NCBI GenBank assembly: GCA_951406725.2
Contig: OX597824.1
Span: forward strand, 47,368,001-47,432,000
Length of the DNA stretch: 64,000 nucleotides
Direction: 5' to 3'
Source: Octopus vulgaris
Taxonomy: Eukaryota
The notes beneath the pieces were generated by a model that saw nothing but the letters and a program-made list of their open reading frames with translations, had not been told where the DNA came from and did no database searches. This document shows, piece after piece, positions 52,217 through 60,632 of the stretch; the first letter of the stretch is position 1; every line of letters starts with the position of its first letter. The position numbers and the translations under genes are program-made.

Positions 52217-53041
52217 AAAAGAATGCTTAAAACATCAAAAATTTTTTAATTGTTAAATTTTTGTTAAAAGAATAAATGAAAATATATTTTTATTGATTTT
52301 GTTGTTATTCATGTCTATCATCTGACTTGTTAATCTGAGACATTGTGTTGAAACTGAAGCAATTACATCATGAAAGAGCCATTTTATTCACTTTAAAGCT
52401 GATCACTGATACAATTCCATTTCCACAGAACTGGTATCAGTGAACAGGTTGCAGCTGTGTGCCAAAATTTTTGAAACCACATGAAATAAAGTAAAAGTAA
52501 ATTTCAGTTTCTCTGAAACGGCTTGAATTAATGTTCTATGATGTAATTGCTGCTCATTTATTAAGCTGAAGTAAAGTCATTACTGGCATGGTCATCACCA
52601 TTATACTTGTTTTTACAGCCAAATTTCTCCTATCAGGTCTCTTATATTTCTCTTAAATGGTTCATGGAGAAATGGTTTATATATGATGGTCAGCAGTGAG
52701 TCAAAGAAGTGGCCCTAGACCACTTGCTATAAACCAGGTAAGTATTAACTATCATAGAAGTAGATTAGGTTAAAACTATTAACTTTGGTTGGAGATCTAC
52801 CTAGAAATGATAATAGCACAGGTATTATTATGGTTATAAACCATAAAAATTCTACTTTAAAACTGTAATCATGATTAAATATAAGGAAACAATATTAAAA
52901 TTAATAAATACTAAAATATATATGATGCACCTCAGTTATAAGGGTGGTTGGCTCCATTTTATAGTTCTTTTATTATCTTTTTATTGTTTTACTTGTTTCA
53001 GTCATCTGATTGCAGCCATGCTGGAGCACCACCTGGAAAAG

Positions 53042-53120
53042 AAAATATGTGTCATCCTTGTGCAGGGGCCATGCTAATCTTCTCCGTATCGTTACAATTT
53101 TAGAATATGTACAGCTGAAG
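53042..53120 (-). pseudogene. U6 snRNA pseudogene
   Basis: Minus strand cttcagctgtacatattctaaaattgtaacgatacggagaagattagcatggcccctgcacaaggatgacacatatttt matches U6, with ACAGAGA changed to ACGGAGA and ~20 nt missing near the 3' end. Confidence 0.9.
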
Positions 53121-54269
53121 TTGATTTTTATAGCATGATTTGTTCCCCTCTTAAGTTTAGAGCAAATGGGGTATTTGTGTTAATATTTTAACATTTAGGG
53201 CAGTTGAGTAGCAGATCACTAGACATCAGACAAAATTATTTGCAGTATTTTGCTATAGCCCATCCCCAGTTCAAATCCTGCCATGATCAATTTTACTTGT
53301 CATCCTTCAAGGGATCAATAAAATAAAGTACCAATTCAGTAATAGGATCAATATAACCGACTATACTCACCTGCAAAATTTGTGGGTGAGTGTGCCAATT
53401 AACATTTAAATATTCTAATTATATTATTTATCTATAAGCTTGATCTAAAATTATATCTAAAAAAAATATAAAATCAAATTTTTGAGGTAGAGTATTAATG
53501 ATTCTTGCAAGGAAACTTTACAGAAAAATGATAGAGCATTTTATTGCTGGAAGCACATTTTCAATTGAATCATCTAAGTGAAATCGTATTCCAATTGATT
53601 TTCCAGGCTATTGCCTTCTTGAAAATTTTGTATAACAATAATGTAGATGAAAAATACCTCATCAAAGATGGTGTAATGATTTGAACAATGGTGAGAAGCA
53701 AACTATGAATTGGAGAAGCAAAATCAACAGTTACAAAGACTTGCTTACTGGCATGGTTATGTGGTTAGGAAGTTTGCTTACCAACTGCATGGTTTCAGGT
53801 TCTATTCCACTGAATGGCACCTTGGGTAAGTGTCTTCTACAACAGCCCCAAGCCAACCAAAATCTTGAGTGGATTTGATAGATAGAAACTGAAAGAAGCT
53901 AGTGATGTGTGTGAGCGTTTCTTTGCCCTGATATCATGCTATGATTTTAAATGAGTGTCACTGTCACAAAAGCAGTATTGTTCACTTCCAGTCTGTCATG
54001 AAAACATATCTGACCCTAAGAGAATATTTATCTTGCTTGGAGACAAATGAGGGTTGGTGACAGAATGGTATCCAGCTGTTAAAAATCTGTCTCAATGAAT
54101 TCTGCCTGAACATGGAAAAGTGGATGTTAAACTGATGATGATAATTTTTTTGTCCTTTTGCACCTCAGTTTCTAATTCAAATGAAACTTTGAAACAGAAT
54201 ATAATAATAATAATAATAATTGTGTACAGTGCTCAGGTGCACTACAACTCATCTAAAGTGTATATATAA

Positions 54270-57035
54270 TCAGGTGAAGTTTCGGCGGATTTCGGAAAGC
54301 ATGAGGGCCTTAAAAGATGCAGTGTCATGGCAGTCAACAACTGACGCAGGCAGTTTATTCCATGCTTCAGCAACTCTGAGCGTGAAAAAATGTTTCCGAA
54401 AGTCATGGGAGCTGTATTGTTTTCTGACTTTGTAGGCATGTCCACGTGTGTTAGACACATGGAGATCAAAAAGGTGTTCAGTGTTGTTGTTGGTGAGGTG
54501 GTTGATAACTTTGTGGGTGTTTACCAAGTCCGTCGCCAAACGCCGGAGCTTCAGTGAATCCATGCCCAGGGAAACAAGGCGCTCAGAATATGGTAGGTGT
54601 CTGATGGAGGGTATGCGTTTGGTTGCACGTCTCTGGACAGATTCCAGGAGGTCAATGTTCTGTGCAAGATAGGGGTTCCAAACTGATGATGCGAATTCCA
54701 AGTGTGGTCGTACCATAGCTGTATACAGTTTTAAATAGATGGCTGGAGAGCGGCTAACAAAAGACCTGCTGAGTGATGCCAAGACACCCTCGGCCTTCCT
54801 GACAATCTTAGAGATATGCTTTGACCAACGCAAATCACTGCTGACAGTGATGCCTAGGTCACGCTCGCAAGAGGATTTCTTGATATCAGTGTTGTGGAGG
54901 GAGTATGTGAACGCAGGGTTTTTTCTCCCAAAATGCATGGTGGTACACTTGTCCACAGCCAGTTTCAGTTGCCAGTCTGTGATCCATTGCTGCATTGTGT
55001 CTAGGTCTGATTGCAGGAAAGAGTTGTAGACATCAGGATCTGTCCTCTTGATTTCAAGGTACAGCTTGATGTCGTCTGCATATTTCAATACTGTGGCATT
55101 CTTTAAATTGGCATCTATGTCGTTAATGTATGCCACAAACAAGAGGGGGCCAAGGACAGATCCCTGTGGTACACCCGATGACATCTCATATGGTGTAGAG
55201 TGCTGTCCTAGAACTGTGACTACCTCCTTTCGGCTGAGGATGAAGGATTTCAACCAGTTAAAAAGGTCATCCCCCACACCCATTGCAGAGAGTTTCACCA
55301 TAAGCCTTTTGTGTGGCACAGAGTTGAAAGCCTTAGCAAAGTCAAGGTAGACAACATCCACCCATGAGCCACTGTCAGTAATCTGAGTAATGTCCTCAAG
55401 GAACTCGACAAGCTGGTCACTGCAGCTGGAGTTAGGGACAAATCCATATTGTGAGGGTCGGATGAGACTGTGAGAGCTCCAGAAGTTCCAGAGTGTTTCT
55501 CTGACACACGATTCCATCAGTTTTGCAATACAGCTAGTGAGACTGACTGGGCGATAGTTGACAGGTGATGTGCGGTCGCCCTTTTTGAACAGAGGAATGA
55601 CACTGGCAGTTTTCCACTGCTCCGGAGTAGCACCATTGTTGAGACAGTACTGGAAGAAAATAGAAAGCTGGTGTAAAAGGAAGTGCCTGCCACGTTTGAG
55701 AAGCAGGTATGTAACTCCATCGAGACCAGGGGAGGCATAGTTGCGCTTATTTTGAAGGTGACGTCGCAGCATTGCAGGTGTAAATTCCATAGTTGTTATG
55801 GAGTTTGCTGTTAGTGATGGTGAAGATGGTACATTTTGACTTTCAACAGTGAATATGTTTGCATAGCACTCGGCAATGAGTTCTGCGCATTCCTTGGGGT
55901 CGTCAGTGATCTGGTTTGTGTGAGGGTTGCGAAGAGGGCCCACTGGAGAGTGAGGTCTCTGCTTTGAGTGCACATATTTCCAGAAAACCTTGCTGTCAGG
56001 ATTGGCTGCTATGCACTGTTCAAATTCAAGCACTGCTTTTTTTGTCACTTGCTTGAGATGGTTGGAGGATTTATTCCGCTTCTTCCTGTTGGTGTCTGAT
56101 TTATGCAACCTGTATTCCCGTTCAGCAGTCCGACGTTCCCTCCTGGCAAGTCGGACCGCTGAAGTTTCCCAAATTGCCCTTTTGGGGCGGTTCTTCTTTT
56201 TTTGTTTACGTGGCACTGATGCTGCACATGCTGCCCATATTGAGTCCAGGATACTCTGGAGTATAGTATTCACATCTCCAGAGTTGTAGAATTCACGCCA
56301 GTTTGGGTGCTGTAGTTCAGTGTGGTACAGGTTCCAATCTGCTCTCTTCCAATCGAAGGAAGCAGATTGGAGATGGTTCAGGTTTTTGTTGCCCGCAAGA
56401 GCCAGATTGGCGATGATCATAGCATGATCAGAGTCACCTAGAGGTTCCTCCGTAGTGCAATTGATAACCGCTTCAGGAGTTGTGGTGAAGAGCAGGTCCA
56501 AGGTGTTGTCGCCTCTTGTTGGAGAGGTGACTACTTGTGACCAGTTTGAGTCCAGCACAAGCTCAACAAAATCGTTTGCACTCTGTGGCCAATGGAAGGT
56601 CTCCCAATCGATCTCAGGATGATTGAAATCGCCTGCAATAAACACATAAGTGGCTGTTTTCCTGGCAGCAGCTCGGAGGACATTGCAAAGCTGTGTGTCC
56701 CGATGGTAACTTGGGGGACGATAAACAACGCCAAGCAGGAGTGTTGACATGGTCATACGCACGTCACAGAAAAAAACTTCTTCTTGTGATTCGTTCAAAT
56801 CGGCACAAGGAATTACCAAAAAATTTGAACGAACGTAGACCATCACACCACCACCACGGCGGTTAGTGCGGTCCTTACGGAAGAGGTTGTACCCCGTAAT
56901 GTTGAAAACCCCATCACAGAGTAAGGAATGCGCCCATGTTTCCGTGACAGTGATGAAGTCAGGGTCAACACTTCTGACGTAGGCGTTGAACAAATGTATT
57001 TTGTTGCATAAACTGCGAGCATTTAAGGACAACAA
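54270..57035 (-). CDS. LINE ORF2: APE endonuclease plus reverse transcriptase (no initiating ATG)
   Basis: Endonuclease: LNARS, TETW, VYRPP, GDFN, TLDL, SDH. RT: NYRPVSLTS, QYGF, YLDFAKAF, GVPQGSVLGP, YADD. CR1-type tail: TRGH..FFTLRVAEAWNKLP. Confidence 0.96.
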   Translation of the reverse strand: MLSLNARSLCNKIHLFNAYVRSVDPDFITVTETWAHSLLCDGVFNITGYNLFRKDRTNRRGGGVMVYVRSNFLVIPCADLNESQEEVFFCDVRMTMSTLLLGVVYRPPSYHRDTQLCNVLRAAARKTATYVFIAGDFNHPEIDWETFHWPQSANDFVELVLDSNWSQVVTSPTRGDNTLDLLFTTTPEAVINCTTEEPLGDSDHAMIIANLALAGNKNLNHLQSASFDWKRADWNLYHTELQHPNWREFYNSGDVNTILQSILDSIWAACAASVPRKQKKKNRPKRAIWETSAVRLARRERRTAEREYRLHKSDTNRKKRNKSSNHLKQVTKKAVLEFEQCIAANPDSKVFWKYVHSKQRPHSPVGPLRNPHTNQITDDPKECAELIAECYANIFTVESQNVPSSPSLTANSITTMEFTPAMLRRHLQNKRNYASPGLDGVTYLLLKRGRHFLLHQLSIFFQYCLNNGATPEQWKTASVIPLFKKGDRTSPVNYRPVSLTSCIAKLMESCVRETLWNFWSSHSLIRPSQYGFVPNSSCSDQLVEFLEDITQITDSGSWVDVVYLDFAKAFNSVPHKRLMVKLSAMGVGDDLFNWLKSFILSRKEVVTVLGQHSTPYEMSSGVPQGSVLGPLLFVAYINDIDANLKNATVLKYADDIKLYLEIKRTDPDVYNSFLQSDLDTMQQWITDWQLKLAVDKCTTMHFGRKNPAFTYSLHNTDIKKSSCERDLGITVSSDLRWSKHISKIVRKAEGVLASLSRSFVSRSPAIYLKLYTAMVRPHLEFASSVWNPYLAQNIDLLESVQRRATKRIPSIRHLPYSERLVSLGMDSLKLRRLATDLVNTHKVINHLTNNNTEHLFDLHVSNTRGHAYKVRKQYSSHDFRKHFFTLRVAEAWNKLPASVVDCHDTASFKALMLSEIRRNFT

Positions 57036-57091
57036 TTTGTACCCTGCTCGCAGTTTATGATGGTGTGTAGAGGATGGCAGGTTGTTCTGGC

Positions 57092-58321
57092 TTAGTTTCC
57101 CTGAGTTGCTGTAGTTTTTTTAGTTATTGTGGGTAGAGAGCACTCAGACCAGCTGGTATCTCTCTTCCACGTTTCAGCAGTCTTGACAAATCTCCAGATT
57201 TGTCCATCTTCCCGAAGACTGAAGCTTTCCTGTAGAGCTGAGTTCCTATTCAGGGAAGCCACTACACGTAGCTTTGGGCGTACATCGGACGGTAAGCCTG
57301 GGCGTGTTCGGAAGGTGGTCCGATTTTCCCGCCCAGCTTTAACTGAGGCCAGATGGTAAGAGGTTGCCTCAGTGGGGTCCGTAAAAGACAACTTGATGAG
57401 CCTAGGTTTTGGGCCAGGTCGTCCAAGGCGGATAGCACCCGTTGGGGGAACGCAGCCTAGGTCTTTGGCTGAGTTGGCAGCAAAAGCCTGAAGATCAGCC
57501 ATGTCTTCTGGCACCCCAATGGCAATGACTTCATGGGTGGCAGAATCCGCGGTCTTAAATGCGACAAGAGGTACAGGTACAGGGAGGTTCTTTAGCAGAG
57601 CATTCCGATAAGACCCCTCATTGTGGAGTCCAACCTGAATGGTTGCTTTTATTCCTGCTACTTCCCCTTTTAAAGCACAGATCGATTGTTGCAGTTCTGC
57701 AAGAACCGCACTGGTCAATTGGTGTTGTTGTTGTTGCTGCTGTTGCTCTGGTTGTGGTTGATTTTGTTGTTGCTGTTGTTGTTGTTGATGTTGTTGTTGC
57801 TGCTGCTCTGGTTGTGGTTGATTTTGTTGTTGCTGCTGCTCTGGTTGTGGTTGATTTTGTTGTTGCTGCTGCTGCTGCTCTAGTTGTTGCTGCTGCTGTT
57901 GTTGTTGCTGTTGTTGTTGCTGCTGCTCTGGTTGTGGTTGATTTTGTTGTTGCTGCTGTTGCTGTTCCGCCTCCTCCACGGGAGTGGCAGGGGGAGACAC
58001 AATCGTCGGTTGTGGAGGCACGCAGGCCTGACACTGAAAAGTCCAAGATTTAAGCTGAACCATCTTCCAGAGTCTATCCATCATAGCATTATGATGGCTC
58101 TTTTTTTGGCCTGGGATCTTCTGAAAGTCCGTGGCACATTGGAGGCAGACAGAGATGAGACATGTCCCACATTCGACCCAGCGATTACGGAACGTATTTT
58201 CGGGTTCCGTACAGATGTGGCAGGTGTGATTTTCTGGGCAGTGTTCTATTTTAGAGCAGCGACCAGTCTTATCGCACGCCGCTATGGATTTCACCATGGC
58301 GATTCTGTTGGTTCTGGTCAT
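57092..58321 (-). CDS. LINE ORF1 (409 aa from the first ATG): PHD-like finger, polyQ, coiled coil, RRM-like region
   Basis: CHIC..WVECGTC..CLQC..FQCQAC; Q-rich tract; LAELQQSICALKGEVAGIK heptads; VIAIGVPE..RLGRPGPKPRLIKLSF, typical of CR1/L2 ORF1. Confidence 0.88.
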   Translation of the reverse strand: MTRTNRIAMVKSIAACDKTGRCSKIEHCPENHTCHICTEPENTFRNRWVECGTCLISVCLQCATDFQKIPGQKKSHHNAMMDRLWKMVQLKSWTFQCQACVPPQPTIVSPPATPVEEAEQQQQQQQNQPQPEQQQQQQQQQQQQQQLEQQQQQQQNQPQPEQQQQQNQPQPEQQQQQHQQQQQQQQNQPQPEQQQQQQQHQLTSAVLAELQQSICALKGEVAGIKATIQVGLHNEGSYRNALLKNLPVPVPLVAFKTADSATHEVIAIGVPEDMADLQAFAANSAKDLGCVPPTGAIRLGRPGPKPRLIKLSFTDPTEATSYHLASVKAGRENRTTFRTRPGLPSDVRPKLRVVASLNRNSALQESFSLREDGQIWRFVKTAETWKRDTSWSECSLPTITKKTTATQGN

Positions 58322-59017
58322 CCGTAGAGACAGAAAATGTAAACAACAATACGATAAAAGTAAAATATAAAATATTTGTTTTTGATTCGTTCTTTTTTGT
58401 GTATATTCCTTGTTCTTAAATATTGCGTGTGTATATACACATGTTTCGTTCTTTTTTGTGTATATTCCTTTTTTTCTTAAATATTGCGTGTGTATACATA
58501 AAAGTATTTGTGCGTATAGACACGGAGAAAGTTTGTAAACAGAAATGAAATTTTTGATTTTTTTTGCAGTGTAGTCCGTCACATTAAATAGTGTGATTTA
58601 TTTTCACTCTGCACGTATATACATGTGTGCTACAAGTATCTATGTATGTATGTATGTCACTGCTTTATAAATTTTGGACGTACTTACTGTCGTTCAACGA
58701 TTTCTTTTACCCTCAACTACACGTGGTGAATTCTTCCATTGTAGATCTGTGGTGGTCATCGTCGTAATATTTTCTCTTTAGTTTCCTCGCCAAATTGATT
58801 ATACCCTAATCAAACCATTTGTTTGTCTACTTGTGAATGTGTCTTTGTTTTAGTAACATTGTATTTTCCTCCTTTTCCTTTTTCATTCCCATATTATATG
58901 GAACTTCGGTGGACAGCTACTCTAAGACTCTGTATCATGACATGTTATTGGCTTGGAAAATAAATAATATAAATAATATAGTTTATTATTTTATTTAAAA
59001 TAACAATATAAATATAC

Positions 59018-59190
59018 TCAAAAACCTACATCCCATTTTATACTTTGTGGCTCTTGAATTTCTTTATAACAAATAAGTCTATCTCCTCGCTGGAATTGTA
59101 TCGTTAAATCTTCTAAACAAATACCACACTCAAAATCTGTTTTGATGGTATCGACTTCGTGTTTGAAATGCTTCATAGAAGATATATTTC
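59018..59190 (-). CDS. MTIF2: Mitochondrial translation initiation factor IF-2, terminal exon (upstream exons not seen in the window)
   Basis: A T-run plus gcAG acceptor precedes (G)NISSMKHFKHEVDTIKTDFECGICLEDLTIQFQRGDRLICYKEIQEPQSIKWDVGF*, matching the mtIF2 C-terminus SLKHxKxxV..ECG..GDRxxCY..WDPGF. AATAAA on the minus strand at 58982-58995. Confidence 0.92.
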
Positions 59191-59457
59191 CTGCAAAAAA
59201 AAAAAAGATACATAAAGATTAAATCAAAACTAAAATTCTTCGATACACAATCCTCTTAACAGCTGTATAAGTAGCTTAGAGGTCAGGGGCAAAGTGCAAT
59301 AATGTCATCTAAGTGTAGTGAGTTTTACAGGAATAAAATCACATTCATAAATACATTTCTTTATATTAATTATAATTTACTTCAGATACATCTTAAATTA
59401 TTGCTAAATGTTTAACTTCATTTTCTTTTTAATGCATGAAAGATAAATTGATGAAAT

Positions 59458-59707
59458 TCTGAGTTTCAAGCGTGTAGTTAGTTTTCGACCATTCACTCTA
59501 AATGAGAGTTCAATTGAAGACAGTCAATGTTTACTGCTGGACGTTAGCCTGCAATTCGTCGAGAAAGATCACACAGTGTGGAAGTTTGATGGTGGTATTT
59601 CAGCGACGATTCACAGGCTAACGTCCACAAGTAAACATTGACTCCCTTCAAGCGAACTTTGAATCATACTCAATGGCTGAAGACTAGCTACATGCTTGAA
59701 ACTCAGA
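59458..59707. repeat. ~250-nt imperfect foldback (MITE-like hairpin)
   Basis: tctgagtttcaagc/gcttgaaactcaga, agtcaatgtttact/agtaaacattgact and tggacgttagcctg/caggctaacgtcca pair in nested order. Confidence 0.85.
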
Positions 59708-60009
59708 GAACCAGGGAATTTAAATCAAACTGTTTTGATTCATTTATATATATATATATATATATAATAGCTGAAGCTAAATGATATTAAATACTGGTTT
59801 CAAATTTTGGCACAAGGCCAGCAAGTTCAGGAAAAAGAATAAGTCAATTAAACCGACCCCAGTGCTCAACTGGTACTTATCTCATAAACCATGAAAGGAT
59901 GAAAGGCAAAGTCAACCTTGGTGGAATTTGACCTGAGAACATAAAAGACAACAAAATGCCACTAAGCATTTTACCCAGCATGCTAATGATTCTGCCAGTT
60001 TGCCACATA

Positions 60010-60630
60010 ATCATCATCATCATCGTTTAACATCCGCTTTCCATGCTAGCATGGGTTGGACGATTTGACTGAGGGCTGGCGAACCAGATGGCTGCACCAG
60101 GCTCCAATCTTGATCTGGCAGAGTTTCTACAGCTGGATACCCTTCCTAACGCCAACCACTCTGAGAGTGTAGTGGGTGCTTTTACATGCCACCAGTACGG
60201 GGGCCAGTCAGGAGGTACTGGCAAGGACCTCGCTCGAATGTTTTTACAAGTGCCAGTAAGGCAACGCTGGGAACGATCACGCTTGAATGGTACCTTTTAC
60301 ATGCCACCGGCATGGAAGCCAGTTAGCTGCTCTGGCAACAATCATGCTCGGATGGTACTCTTAGCACCCTACTAGCACAGGGCACAAACACCAGTCAGGT
60401 GACGCTGGTAACGATCACACTCAAATGGTGCCTTTTATGTGCCACTGGCACGGAAGCTGGTTAGCCGCTCTGTCAATGATCACATTCATATGCTGCTCTT
60501 TGCGCCCCACTAGCACAGATGCCAGTCATCGAATTTGATTTCGATTTCACTTGCCTCAACAGGTCTTCACAAGCAGAGTTTAGTGTCCAAAGAAGGAAAG
60601 GTATGCATAAGTGGGCTGGTTACGCCCCTA
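60010..60630 (-). mobile_element. RTE LINE 3' UTR with expanded internal tandem units
   Basis: (CAT)n tail at 60010; reverse complement of the 61800-62203 UTR, with about five ~60-70 bp subrepeats. Confidence 0.8.
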
Positions 60631-60632
60631 GC

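Larger units (their letters stand above)
54200..58790 (-). mobile_element. Full-length CR1-clade LINE with two uninterrupted ORFs (5' boundary approximate)
   Basis: (ATT)n tail at 54200-54220, ~50-nt 3' UTR, ORF2, ORF1 and a CpG-containing 5' UTR. No TSD identified. A 3'-end relic of the same family lies at 20400-20458. Confidence 0.92.

Noticed and set aside
57559-58327. Poly-V/A, poly-L and poly-T ORFs
   Set aside because: Alternative-frame and antisense readings of the CAA/CAG tract in LINE ORF1.
58322-58582. 87-codon N-terminal extension of ORF1 in the ORF track
   Set aside because: Starts at a non-ATG codon and runs through an AT-rich tandem repeat; treated as 5' UTR.
787-59190. GCHFR, L2HGDH and MTIF2 as a functional cluster
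   Set aside because: No shared pathway; the adjacency is ordinary eukaryotic gene order unless conserved synteny is shown.
60170-60530. Regularly spaced repeats as a possible CRISPR-like array
   Set aside because: Units are diverged along their whole length with no unique spacers, the context is a eukaryotic LINE UTR, and there are no cas genes.
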